Origin: Burkholderiales bacterium
GTDB taxonomy: Bacteria > Pseudomonadota > Gammaproteobacteria > Burkholderiales > SG8-41
Length of the DNA: 64,000 bases
Assembly (NCBI GenBank): GCA_022841375.1
Contig: JALHRQ010000006.1
Coordinates: 7,819-71,818, forward strand
Direction of reading: 5' to 3'
Shown here: one piece after another, positions 55,499-64,000 of the stretch
Numbering within the stretch: the stretch's first letter is position 1
Layout of the letters: each line of letters begins with the position of its first letter
Notes under the pieces: generated by a model
Told to the model about the DNA's origin: nothing
The model's database searches: none
The model's input: only the letters and a program-made list of their open reading frames with translations
Program-made: the position numbers and the translations under genes

Positions 55499-56334
55499 GC
55501 ACCCAGTTCGCGGTGGCGGGCGAGCGTGCGGGTGCGGTCGCGGAAGCGGGCGGCGAGGGTTTCGACCAAGAATACCGAACGATGCCGCCCGCCGGTACAA
55601 CCTATGGCCACCGTCAGATAGCTGCGGTTGTCGCGTTCAAATGCCGGCAACCAGTCGCCAATGAAGCGGTTGATGTCTTCCAGCATGCGCATCGCATCCG
55701 GTGTCGCGCGCAGGAAGGCGGCAACCGGCGCGTCGCAGCCTGTCAGCGGGCGCAGTTGCGGGTCGTAATGCGGATTTGGCAGGCAGCGCACGTCGAATAC
55801 AAAATCCGCATCCAGCGGAATGCCGTGCTTGAAGCCGAAGGACTCGAACAGCAGCGTCAGTCCGGCTACGGGGGCCTTGGCGAAATCCTTGACCCAGGCG
55901 CGCAGCGTGTTAGTGGCAAGATCGCTGGTGTCGATGTGGTGCGCCATGTCGGAGATGCCGGAGACCAGTTCCTTTTCGCGGGCAATACACTCCGGCAGCG
56001 TCAGTCCGGAGGCCGAGAGCGGGTGGCGGCGGCGGGTTTCGGAGTAACGCTTGATCAACGTCTCCGATTTCGCCTCAAGGAACATCACGCGTACTTCGAT
56101 CCCGTCGTTACGCAGGCTGGTAACCAGTTCCGGCAATTTCGCGATTGCTTCACCCGTGCGCACGTCAATCGTCAATGCCACGCGCCCGGTTCCGGAGGTG
56201 CGCAATGTCTCGACCAGATTTCCGACCATGTTGACAGGCAGGTTGTCTACGCAGTAAAAACCGGCGTCTTCCATTACTGCCAGCGCCACGCTTTTGCCGG
56301 AGCCGGAAAGTCCTGTGATCAGAATCAGTTGCAT
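55495..56334 (-). CDS. rapZ: RNase adapter protein RapZ (YhbJ)
   Basis: LILITGLSGSGKSVAL...FYCVDNLP and C-terminal GCTGGRHRSV. Confidence 0.93.
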   Translation of the reverse strand: MQLILITGLSGSGKSVALAVMEDAGFYCVDNLPVNMVGNLVETLRTSGTGRVALTIDVRTGEAIAKLPELVTSLRNDGIEVRVMFLEAKSETLIKRYSETRRRHPLSASGLTLPECIAREKELVSGISDMAHHIDTSDLATNTLRAWVKDFAKAPVAGLTLLFESFGFKHGIPLDADFVFDVRCLPNPHYDPQLRPLTGCDAPVAAFLRATPDAMRMLEDINRFIGDWLPAFERDNRSYLTVAIGCTGGRHRSVFLVETLAARFRDRTRTLARHRELGA

Positions 56335-56354
56335 GGCGTCGGCCGCATCCGGCG

Positions 56355-57299
56355 TCAGTCGTCGCGGGTGTTCAGAGCCTGCGCCTGGCGCTCGACAAAC
56401 TCGCGGGTACTGTCGATGCCGCGCATCTGCAGCACATGGTTGCGCACGGCGGCTTCGGTGAGCACGGCGAGGTTGCGGCCCGCCGCCACGGGGATGGTGA
56501 CCTTGCGGATTTCGACTTCCATCAGCGATTCGCTGCCGGGTTTCAGCGGCAGCCGGTCGAGAAAAGCCGGGTCGGAGCCCGAAGGCTTTTCAAGATGCAC
56601 GATGATCTTGACGTTTTTATGCGGGCGCAAGGCGGCTTCGCCGAATATCGTGCGGATATTAAGCACGCCGAGCCCGCGTACCTCGAGAAAATCGCGCAGC
56701 AGTGCAGGGCAGCGGCCTTCGACGCTTTCAGGGCCGATGCGGTAAAGTTCGACCACATCGTCGGCAATCAGGCCGCTGCCGCGGCTGATCAGTTCCAGCG
56801 CCAGTTCACTTTTGCCGACGCCGGAGTCGCCGGTAAGTAGCACGCCGACACCGAGCACATCGAGAAACACACCATGCACCGTGGTCGAGTCGGCGAGCGC
56901 GCGGGCCAGATGTGGCCGCAGGATCCACATCAGCTCCACGCTGGGGATCGGCGAGGCAAACAGCGGCGTATGGGTGGATTCCGCGATCTCAAGCAACACT
57001 GGTGGTATGACGTTGGCGCCGGCGACGATAAAACAGGCCAGTTCGCGGGTTGAGGTACGCTGCAGCAGGTTGCGGCATTCCAGCGGCTCAAGGCCGTTGA
57101 GGTGATTGACCTCGGACTGCCCCAGCACCTGAATCAGGTTCGGGTGGATGAAGTTGAGATGCCCGACCAGCCCCTTCGAGGAGTCCTTGGTCAACTCGCT
57201 GTCGAGTCCCTTGTCGGCGCCGTCGCGGCCGGCGATCCACGTCAGCTGCAGTTTCTCGCGGGTGTCGTCAAACAGCCGGGCTATGCTGACCTGCGGCAT
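56355..57299 (-). CDS. hprK: HPr(Ser) kinase/phosphorylase
   Basis: GVGVLLTGDSGVGKSELALELI P-loop region and ADD motif. Confidence 0.93.
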   Translation of the reverse strand: MPQVSIARLFDDTREKLQLTWIAGRDGADKGLDSELTKDSSKGLVGHLNFIHPNLIQVLGQSEVNHLNGLEPLECRNLLQRTSTRELACFIVAGANVIPPVLLEIAESTHTPLFASPIPSVELMWILRPHLARALADSTTVHGVFLDVLGVGVLLTGDSGVGKSELALELISRGSGLIADDVVELYRIGPESVEGRCPALLRDFLEVRGLGVLNIRTIFGEAALRPHKNVKIIVHLEKPSGSDPAFLDRLPLKPGSESLMEVEIRKVTIPVAAGRNLAVLTEAAVRNHVLQMRGIDSTREFVERQAQALNTRDD

Positions 57300-57753
57300 T
57301 GGGTTCCCATTGTGTGATCAACTGCAGAAGTTGTTCCGGAGTCGCCGCTGTAAACAGGTTCTCGCGAAACTGCTTGTCGCAGAACATCTGCGCCAGCTCC
57401 GAGAGGATCTGCAGGTGTTCGTCGGTTGCACGTTCCGGCACCAGCAGTATGAAGGCCAGCCGTACATTCTGGCCGTCGGGTGCGTCAAAGGGTATCGGGT
57501 TCTGCATGCGGATGATCGCGCCGGCAGCGCCTTTAAGGCCCTTGATGCGGCCGTGCGGAATGGCCACGCCCTGGCCGAGGCCGGTCGAGCCGAGCTTCTC
57601 CCGCGCAAACAGGCTGTCGAACACCACATTGCGCGCGACCTGCTGGTTGTTCTCGAACAGCAGTCCCGCCTGCTCAAAAACCCTTTTTTTGCTGGTCAGA
57701 TCGGTGTCCAGCATGATGTTCGACAAGGGCAGCAGTTTTGCGATCTGGTTCAT
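57268..57753 (-). CDS. ptsN: PTS IIA-Ntr nitrogen regulatory protein
   Basis: GQGVAIPHGR (phospho-His). Its position between hpf and hprK fits. The 3' end overlaps hprK by 32 nt. Confidence 0.92.
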   Translation of the reverse strand: MNQIAKLLPLSNIMLDTDLTSKKRVFEQAGLLFENNQQVARNVVFDSLFAREKLGSTGLGQGVAIPHGRIKGLKGAAGAIIRMQNPIPFDAPDGQNVRLAFILLVPERATDEHLQILSELAQMFCDKQFRENLFTAATPEQLLQLITQWEPNAAGQHSPAV

Positions 57754-57786
57754 GGCGGTTGGATATCGAAGTTCGTGACGAAGAAT

Positions 57787-58116
57787 TTACTCTTCGACGG
57801 CGCGGTGTTTGATCGGCGCACCGTCATGGCGATGGGACAGGTTCTTTTCCTTGTGCTTGATGACCGCGCGGTCGAGTTTGCCGACCAGGTGATCGATTGC
57901 AACATACATGTCTTCGCTATGAGCTTCGCAAAAAATTTCCTTGCCGCTCAGATGCATCTTGGCCTCGACCTTGTGCTGCAGTTTTTCGACCGTCATGATG
58001 ACGCTGATGTCGATCACGTGGTCAAAGTGGGCGGTGATTTTATCCAGCTTGTGCGCGACATGGTCGCGAATCGCCGGAGTGATCTGCAGGTGGTGGCCCG
58101 TCAGGTGCAGGTTCAT
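57787..58116 (-). CDS. hpf: ribosome hibernation promoting factor
   Basis: MNLHLTGHHLQITPAIRDHV. It lies directly downstream of rpoN. Confidence 0.93.
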   Translation of the reverse strand: MNLHLTGHHLQITPAIRDHVAHKLDKITAHFDHVIDISVIMTVEKLQHKVEAKMHLSGKEIFCEAHSEDMYVAIDHLVGKLDRAVIKHKEKNLSHRHDGAPIKHRAVEE

Positions 58117-58128
58117 GTTTTCTCCTTG

Positions 58129-59571
58129 TTAAAGCGTTTTTCTGAGATTCACTGGGAGGATCTGCATCGATTCCCGGTATTTTGCAATGGTGCGCCTTGC
58201 CACAACTATACCCTGCTGTCCGAGCAGCTCTGAAATCTGGCCGTCGCTGAGCGGCGACTTTGTGTTTTCCGCGCCGACCAGCTGTTTGATCAGGGCCCGG
58301 ATGGCTGTGCTCGAGGCTGCGCCGCCGGCTTCGGTGGCAACATGACTGCCGAAGAAGTATTTCAATTCGAAAATGCCACGAGGCGTGTGCATGAATTTCT
58401 GGGTGGTGACGCGCGATACCGTGGATTCATGCAGGCTCAGCGTTTCGGCGATTTCGCGCAGCACCAGGGGCCGCATCGCGACTTCGCCGTGCTCCAGGAA
58501 ATTGCGCTGGCGGTCGACGATGGCCTGCGACACGCGCAGTATGGTTTCAAAGCGCTGCTGCACATTCTTGATCAGCCACTTCGCCTCCTGCAGCTGCGAA
58601 TTAAGCTGCTGGGCGCTGCCGCCGCGGTTGCGTTGCAGGATGTCGGCGTACATCCGGTTCACGCGCAGGCGCGGCATGGCATCGGGATTCAGCGCGGCAA
58701 TCCATACGCCCTTGGTCTTGCGCACGATCACATCGGCGATCACAAACCGCGTTTCTTCGGATGAGAAGTCGCGGCCCGGCCTGGGATTCAGGCTGGTGAT
58801 CAGTTTCTGCACGATACGCAGACAGGCATCGTCGCATTTCAGCGTGCGTTTCAGGCGCGCGAAATCACGGGCGGCAAGCGCATCCAGGTGATGATTGACG
58901 ATTTCCAGCGCGGCATCGCGTTGCGGCGTGTCGTCAGGCATCGCGGCAAGCTGGAGCGCCAGGCATTCGGCCAGATTGCGCGCGCCGACGCCGATCGGCT
59001 CAAGGTGCTGCAGGTGTTGCAGGGCGATCGACAGATCGTCGTGATCCACGTCAAGCTCTGGCGGCAGCATTTCGCCGATTTCTTCAAGTGTTTGCGGCAG
59101 ATAACCGTCGTCGTTGAGTGAGTCGATCAGCAGGCTGACCAGGCGCTTGTCGCGTTCCGACAGGTGGAGCAATGACAGTTGGCCCGCAAGATGCGCGCTA
59201 AGGCTCGCCGGTTGTTCAGCGAGCGGACCGTAGTCGTCATCATCGTTGTCGTTGTCGTTCTTGCTGGCACTGCTATAGGTCGGGCCGTCTTCAATATCAA
59301 ACGCAGCCGGCTCATCGGAGGCAGCGGATTCCGTACTGTTTTCGCCGGCGGTGGCGGGTATCTCAGCGTTTTCGGATTGAGGCGTTTCGCGTTGAGGCGA
59401 GGAGGGATCGGATCCGCCATCGATCCGTTCGAGCAGCGGATTATCCTGGAGCAGACGCTCGATTTCCTGGTTGAGTTCGAGAGTCGACAATTGCAACAGC
59501 CTGATCGACTGCTGCAATTGCGGCGTCAATGTCAGGTGTTGCGAGAGTCTGAGCTGTAAGGAATGTTTCAT
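58129..59571 (-). CDS. rpoN: RNA polymerase sigma-54 factor
   Basis: Gln-rich region I (LQLRLSQHLTLTPQLQQSIRLLQ), acidic region II, and the RpoN box ARRTIAKYR. Confidence 0.97.
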   Translation of the reverse strand: MKHSLQLRLSQHLTLTPQLQQSIRLLQLSTLELNQEIERLLQDNPLLERIDGGSDPSSPQRETPQSENAEIPATAGENSTESAASDEPAAFDIEDGPTYSSASKNDNDNDDDDYGPLAEQPASLSAHLAGQLSLLHLSERDKRLVSLLIDSLNDDGYLPQTLEEIGEMLPPELDVDHDDLSIALQHLQHLEPIGVGARNLAECLALQLAAMPDDTPQRDAALEIVNHHLDALAARDFARLKRTLKCDDACLRIVQKLITSLNPRPGRDFSSEETRFVIADVIVRKTKGVWIAALNPDAMPRLRVNRMYADILQRNRGGSAQQLNSQLQEAKWLIKNVQQRFETILRVSQAIVDRQRNFLEHGEVAMRPLVLREIAETLSLHESTVSRVTTQKFMHTPRGIFELKYFFGSHVATEAGGAASSTAIRALIKQLVGAENTKSPLSDGQISELLGQQGIVVARRTIAKYRESMQILPVNLRKTL

Positions 59572-59638
59572 GCAGGGCCGGATGAGAAGGATCGCGTCCC
59601 GGACAGGTAATCGTGCGCGCTAGCGGCGGCCTGTGGTC

Positions 59639-60412
59639 TTAAAGCCGGAAATGTTCACCGAGATAGACCTTTCTGACACGCTCATTATAGACGATCTCGT
59701 CCGGCTTGCCGAAAGCCAGCACCGTGCCGTCATTGATGATGTAGGCGCGGTCGCAGATGCCCAGGGTTTCACGGACATTGTGATCCGTAATGACCACACC
59801 GATACCTCTTTCCCGGAGGAAACCGATGATTTTCTGGATTTCGATGACGGCGATCGGATCAACGCCGGCAAAAGGTTCGTCAAGCAGGATGAAGCGCGGC
59901 TCGGTCGCCAGGGCACGGGCAATTTCCACCCGCCGCCTTTCGCCGCCGGAGAGACTGATTGCAGGGTTGTTGCGCAGATGATCAACATGCAGTTCCTGCA
60001 GCAGGGTATCGAGCCGGGCTTCAATGGTGGCGGTGTCGCTGTGATAAAGCTCGAGGATGGCGCGCACGTTTTCCGCGACGGTGAGTCTGCGGAATATCGA
60101 GGCCTCCTGCGGCAGATAGCTGAGGCCCAGTCGGGCGCGGCTGTGCATCGGCATATGCGTCATCCGGGTGCCGTCAAGATGGAGTTCGCCACCATCCATC
60201 GCCACCAGTCCGACCATCATGTAAAAACAGGTTGTTTTACCTGCGCCGTTAGGCCCCAGCAGGCCGATGACTTCACCGCTGCGCACTTCCAGAGAAACAT
60301 CCTTTACGACCGTGCGCGCTCGGTAGCGTTTTTTCAGACCATCGGCCTTGAGTACGTATGCGCCGTTCACAGGCGTTCCGTTGCTGCTATCCAGCGGTGC
60401 CGGAGTTACCAT
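59639..60412 (-). CDS. lptB: LPS export ABC transporter ATP-binding protein
   Basis: Walker [10 protein letters not shown], signature LSGGERRR and Walker [10 protein letters not shown]. It lies between lptA and rpoN. Confidence 0.95.
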   Translation of the reverse strand: MVTPAPLDSSNGTPVNGAYVLKADGLKKRYRARTVVKDVSLEVRSGEVIGLLGPNGAGKTTCFYMMVGLVAMDGGELHLDGTRMTHMPMHSRARLGLSYLPQEASIFRRLTVAENVRAILELYHSDTATIEARLDTLLQELHVDHLRNNPAISLSGGERRRVEIARALATEPRFILLDEPFAGVDPIAVIEIQKIIGFLRERGIGVVITDHNVRETLGICDRAYIINDGTVLAFGKPDEIVYNERVRKVYLGEHFRL

Positions 60413-60418
60413 GATCCG

Positions 60419-61057
60419 TCAGCGCACGGCGCCCGGCAACGGATCCCGCGGCGCATCGACCTCTGCGGCAGGTTTCAACGGAACCGGCGGCTGGGCTTCG
60501 GGTTTTTCCTTGGGCTTGGGCTGCAATACGGCGCGCACGCGGCTGTTGCCCTCCGGACCGGCCTGTTTGCCGCCGGTGACCTGGAAAAATTCGGTGTTGG
60601 CGTCATAAGAGATGTAATTGCCACGGACTTCGTCGCCGCCTTTTTTCATCGAGGCGCGATTGAACATCTGAACTTTGTCGGCCCGGCCATCGTATTCAAT
60701 GCGTTCGGCCCAACCTTCGATATATTCGTCGTAGCCGTCGCGTTTCTGCCGGAAGTAGGCTAGGTTGCCCCAGGTGATGCCGGTTTTGAAGCCCTGATTG
60801 TCCTGGCGCACTTCCATACGGTCGCCGCGGATAATCAGCGTGCCCTGAGTCAGCACGACGCGTCCCTCGAAAGTCGAAATCTGTTTGGCGTCGTCTACCG
60901 ATACGCGATCAGCTTCGAGGTTGATCGGTTTTTCGCGGTCGGCTTTTTCCGCATGTGCAGCGCCCGCGATGGACAGCATGAACACCAGTCCCCGGGTGAA
61001 CCCGGTGAGCAGGCGGAAAACCGTTTCAGCGGCGTTTTTCTGCGCGGGACGGATCAT
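60419..61057 (-). CDS. lptA: LPS transport periplasmic protein LptA
   Basis: OstA-like beta-jellyroll motifs (PINLEADRVSVDD...VVLTQGTLIIRGDRMEV). The start is uncertain (ATG 61057 or GTG 61105). Confidence 0.88.
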   Translation of the reverse strand: MIRPAQKNAAETVFRLLTGFTRGLVFMLSIAGAAHAEKADREKPINLEADRVSVDDAKQISTFEGRVVLTQGTLIIRGDRMEVRQDNQGFKTGITWGNLAYFRQKRDGYDEYIEGWAERIEYDGRADKVQMFNRASMKKGGDEVRGNYISYDANTEFFQVTGGKQAGPEGNSRVRAVLQPKPKEKPEAQPPVPLKPAAEVDAPRDPLPGAVR

Positions 61058-61610
61058 GGTAGGTGCCACGGAATTGGGAGAGGAACTTGACGGTGCGGGT
61101 TTCACTATTCAATTCTAAGCCAATCGCCGTGGCAACGGTATGGGCGTCGGTGATGGTGACCGGGCGATCCGTGCGGGCGATATGGTCATCTGGCATGACA
61201 TGCAGAAAGCTGGTTTCCAGCGTCATCTCGGAGCGATTGTCATAGGGCGCCCGGACGGCGCGGACATCGTCCTCAAAATACACGTTTTCGCCGCCGCTGG
61301 AGACCCGCGCCGTACGCGAAGTGATTGTCACCGGGGCATTGGCAGAAGCGTTGCTGATAAAACGCGGCGACACCAGACGGGTGCTGTCATCGTGCGGGAA
61401 ATGCGACATCCGCGAGGCATAAAGAGTGTGTTTGACGTTGCCGTTGACATCAAGGCGGCGTGCAACGATGTTGTCGATGATGAAGTCAGGATCGGCTCGC
61501 GCACTCTCGGCGGGCTTGTCGCCCTGCTGCACCGCCTGGTCAAGCCAGAAGGTCAGCGCAGCGAGCACCGCCAGCAGCAGTAACGGGAAGATCTGGGAGA
61601 GCCGGTTCAT
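61026..61610 (-). CDS. lptC: LPS export system protein LptC
   Basis: N-terminal TM anchor and its position between kdsC and lptA. Confidence 0.88.
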   Translation of the reverse strand: MNRLSQIFPLLLLAVLAALTFWLDQAVQQGDKPAESARADPDFIIDNIVARRLDVNGNVKHTLYASRMSHFPHDDSTRLVSPRFISNASANAPVTITSRTARVSSGGENVYFEDDVRAVRAPYDNRSEMTLETSFLHVMPDDHIARTDRPVTITDAHTVATAIGLELNSETRTVKFLSQFRGTYHDPSRAEKRR

Positions 61611-61631
61611 CGCGGGTATTTCCTCAGGCCC

Positions 61632-62153
61632 TTAGCCAGCACCGAGAAAGCGTGCGGTCCGAGCCGCCAGCTTGCCCTGATTGTGCAGAATCACTTCGCA
61701 GAATTCGCGCGCGGCACCACGGCCGCCGCTGGTCCGGGTGACGTAATCGGCGTGGCGTTTGAGCACGGCCGGCGCATCGGCAACCGTCACCGCGAAGCCG
61801 CAGCGTTTGAGTACCGGCAGATCAACCAGGTCGTCGCCGAGGAATGCCGCCTGAGCCGGCGTCAGCCCCAGTTCGGTCAGCAGCGCTTCGAAGGCTGAAT
61901 ATTTGTCAGCAACGCCCTGCTGGATGTAGCGGATGCCGAGATCTGCGGCGCGTTCCCGGACGCTGCCCGCGCGGCGGCTGGTGATAATGGCCAATTCGAT
62001 ACCGGCTTCCTGCAGCAACTTCATGCCCATGCCGTCGCGCACGTCGAAGGTTTTCATCGCATCCCCGGCTTCAGCGTAATGCAGTCCGCCGTCGGACAAC
62101 ACGCCATCGACATCGAAAATGGCGATGCGAACCGTACGCGCTTTTGGAATCAT
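61632..62153 (-). CDS. kdsC: KDO 8-phosphate phosphatase (HAD superfamily)
   Basis: IFDVDGVLSDG and GDDLVDLP motifs. Confidence 0.92.
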   Translation of the reverse strand: MIPKARTVRIAIFDVDGVLSDGGLHYAEAGDAMKTFDVRDGMGMKLLQEAGIELAIITSRRAGSVRERAADLGIRYIQQGVADKYSAFEALLTELGLTPAQAAFLGDDLVDLPVLKRCGFAVTVADAPAVLKRHADYVTRTSGGRGAAREFCEVILHNQGKLAARTARFLGAG

Positions 62154-62163
62154 CAGTGGGGGG

Positions 62164-63156
62164 TCAGACCACTTTGTTGCGGAACAGATCGTGGATATTC
62201 AGTGCGCCGACCAGGCGCCCGCTTTCATCGACGACCAGCAACTGCGTAACTTTGCTGCGTTCCATGATCTCGACGGCTTCCGCCGCAAGCCGCTCGGGTC
62301 CGATGGTGCGCGGATTAGCCGACATGATGTCGTGAATCGGGGTCTTGCGCAGATCGAGCCCCTTGCTGATGGCGCGGCGCAAATCGCCGTCGGTAAAAAT
62401 ACCCTTGACCGCCTGCACCTGATCGACCACGGCAGTCATGCCCATGCGGCCGCGCGACATTTCAAGCAACGCGTCGGCGAGTGTCGAAGACTCGGTAACG
62501 CGGGGAGCGTCAGCGCCGGAGCGCATGACATCGCGCACCATGGTCAGCAGCTTGCGGCCCAGCGTGCCGCCCGGATGTGACCGCGCAAATTCGTCCTGGG
62601 TGAACCCGCGCGCGCGCATCAGCGCCACCGCAATGGCATCACCGAGCGCCAACGCTGCAGTAGTGCTGGCCGTCGGCGCGAGATTGAGCGGACATGCTTC
62701 CTGGCGTGCGCCGGCGTAGAGGTGCACATCGGCTTCGCGGCCGAGTGTCGAATCCGGATTGCCGGTCAACGCAACCAGTTTGGCACCCTGGCGTTTGAGC
62801 ACCGGGATAATGATCAGCAACTCGCCGGTTTCGCCCGAGTTTGAAAGGGCGACAAATACGTCATCGCGGGTGACCATGCCGAGATCGCCGTGGCTGGCTT
62901 CCGCCGGGTGCACGAAGAATGCCGGTGTTCCGGTGCTGGCAAAGGTGGCCGCTATTTTTCGGGCGATATGGCCCGATTTGCCGATGCCGCTGACCACAAC
63001 ACGTCCGCGGCATTGCAGGAGGATGCGGATCGCCTGCTCGAATCGCGCGTCGAGGTGGCCGAGGAGATCGGTGATCGCCTGCGCCTCGATGGCGAGCACT
63101 TCTCTCGCCGCTGTGATTGCGGAACTGGCGGCGGTGATCTCACCGGGGGAAGTCAT
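62164..63156 (-). CDS. kdsD: arabinose-5-phosphate isomerase (KpsF/GutQ family; SIS plus 2 CBS)
   Basis: VVVSGIGKSGHIARKIAATFASTGTPAFFVHPAEASHGDLG, followed by tandem CBS domains. Confidence 0.93.
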   Translation of the reverse strand: MTSPGEITAASSAITAAREVLAIEAQAITDLLGHLDARFEQAIRILLQCRGRVVVSGIGKSGHIARKIAATFASTGTPAFFVHPAEASHGDLGMVTRDDVFVALSNSGETGELLIIIPVLKRQGAKLVALTGNPDSTLGREADVHLYAGARQEACPLNLAPTASTTAALALGDAIAVALMRARGFTQDEFARSHPGGTLGRKLLTMVRDVMRSGADAPRVTESSTLADALLEMSRGRMGMTAVVDQVQAVKGIFTDGDLRRAISKGLDLRKTPIHDIMSANPRTIGPERLAAEAVEIMERSKVTQLLVVDESGRLVGALNIHDLFRNKVV

Positions 63157-63270
63157 GGTTCAAATTATAACAAACCCCTAACAAACTCCCTGCTGCGCAT
63201 TTGCCCTTATGTGCTTGCAATTCATTGAAGAAAAGGCAATATTCGGAAGGTTCCCCCTGCTGATCCGGCC

Positions 63271-64000
63271 ATGCACAATACTCTGCAACCCGTGCTCGTA
63301 CTGCTCGCGGCCGCCGTGCTGGTGGTGGTGGTATTTCGCTCGTTGCGGCTGCCGCCGCTGCTGGGATACCTGATTGTCGGCGTCGTCATCGGGCCGCATG
63401 CGCTGGGCTGGATCACCACCACGGACGAGGTGCGCAGTCTTGCTGAAATCGGCGTGGTTTTCCTGATGTTCAGCATCGGGCTGGAGTTCAGCCTGTCCCG
63501 CCTGATGACCATGCGCCGCATCGTGTTTGGTCTGGGCGCGGCGCAAGTCCTCATCACCCTGCTGCTGGTGCTGGGAGTCGCGATGGCGATTGGTGCTTCG
63601 TGGCGTACCGGACTGGTGCTCGGCGGCGCTTTGGCAATGTCGTCTACGGCAATACTGGCCAAGTTGCTTGCCGAACGTTTTGAGCTCAATTCTCCGCACG
63701 GCAGGCAAATTATCGGCATTCTGTTGTTTCAGGACCTGGCCGTGGTGCCGCTGCTGATTCTGATTCCGGCACTGGGCGCGCCGGCCGAGGATTTTGTAGC
63801 GACCGTCGGTTATGCGCTGCTCAAGGCCGCTGTAGTGCTGACATTGTTGCTGTTTTTCGGGCAACGCCTGATGCGGGCATGGTTTCATGTGGTTGCCCGG
63901 CAGAAATCATCCGAGCTTTTTGTACTCAATGTGCTGCTGATCACGCTGGGTATCGCCTATATCACTGAAATGGCGGGGTTGTCCCTTGCCCTGGGCGCAT
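63271..64000 (+). CDS. CPA2 family monovalent cation:proton antiporter (KefB/KefC/YbaL-like), 3' end outside window
   Basis: Open frame from ATG 63271 to the window end. It reads LGYLIVGVVIGPHALGWI...GVVFLMFSIGLEFS...LLFQDLAVVPLL. It is absent from the ORF track because no stop is reached. Confidence 0.88.
   Translation, partial: MHNTLQPVLVLLAAAVLVVVVFRSLRLPPLLGYLIVGVVIGPHALGWITTTDEVRSLAEIGVVFLMFSIGLEFSLSRLMTMRRIVFGLGAAQVLITLLLVLGVAMAIGASWRTGLVLGGALAMSSTAILAKLLAERFELNSPHGRQIIGILLFQDLAVVPLLILIPALGAPAEDFVATVGYALLKAAVVLTLLLFFGQRLMRAWFHVVARQKSSELFVLNVLLITLGIAYITEMAGLSLALGA

Noticed and set aside
57268-57299. 32-nt overlap of ptsN and hprK as a possible frameshift or annotation error
   Set aside because: Both proteins have full-length, family-typical termini. 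The overlap is compatible with translational coupling and does not need a special explanation.
1-64000. Search for CRISPR arrays, integrases, transposases, prophage or toxin-antitoxin modules, and tRNA-3'-end direct repeats marking an island
   Set aside because: None was recognised by eye. The only repeat families seen are the two MITE/REP-like copies and short motifs listed above.

Overview
GC-rich chromosomal segment. Gene content suggests a betaproteobacterium, probably Burkholderiales or Rhodocyclales: Bug/TctC solute-binding proteins, the kdsD-kdsC-lptC-lptA-lptB-rpoN-hpf-ptsN-hprK-rapZ block, and gmk-rpoZ-spoT. About half the window is conserved housekeeping: sodA-type SOD, metC, spoT/rpoZ/gmk/yicC/rph/rdgB/hemW, trmB/thiG/thiS, tRNA-Gly(CCC), mutY and the rpoN/LPS-export block. 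The rest is accessory. It contains an Mce/Mla-type ABC transporter with a STAS-fused permease and a PA2778/PA2779-like peptidase pair. It also contains a DUF883/YqjE/YqjK membrane stress cluster. A roughly 13 kb catabolic island carries CoxLMS-like molybdenum hydroxylase genes, two CoA-transferase+VOC modules, hydratase, Ldh_2, hydrolase and desaturase genes. There is a GlrK/QseG/GlrR-like sigma-54 two-component locus, a REC-PAS-GGDEF-EAL gene fused onto the spoT operon, and a Pat-like acetyltransferase. A predicted di-heme membrane protein sits beside a fused 4-cluster ferredoxin/molybdopterin oxidoreductase. No CRISPR, integrase, transposase or prophage genes were seen. The most notable observations are a near-consensus sigma-54 promoter right after the GlrR-like gene, and the glycine-zipper gene it drives. 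That gene is interrupted by an in-frame TGA at the position of a CxxC cysteine. Also notable are the fused FeS-molybdopterin enzyme with its candidate heme-b anchor, an unannotated 47-codon zinc-ribbon ORF, and a roughly 130 bp palindromic MITE/REP-like element present twice. All functional calls rest on motif and family recognition by eye; no database search was run.
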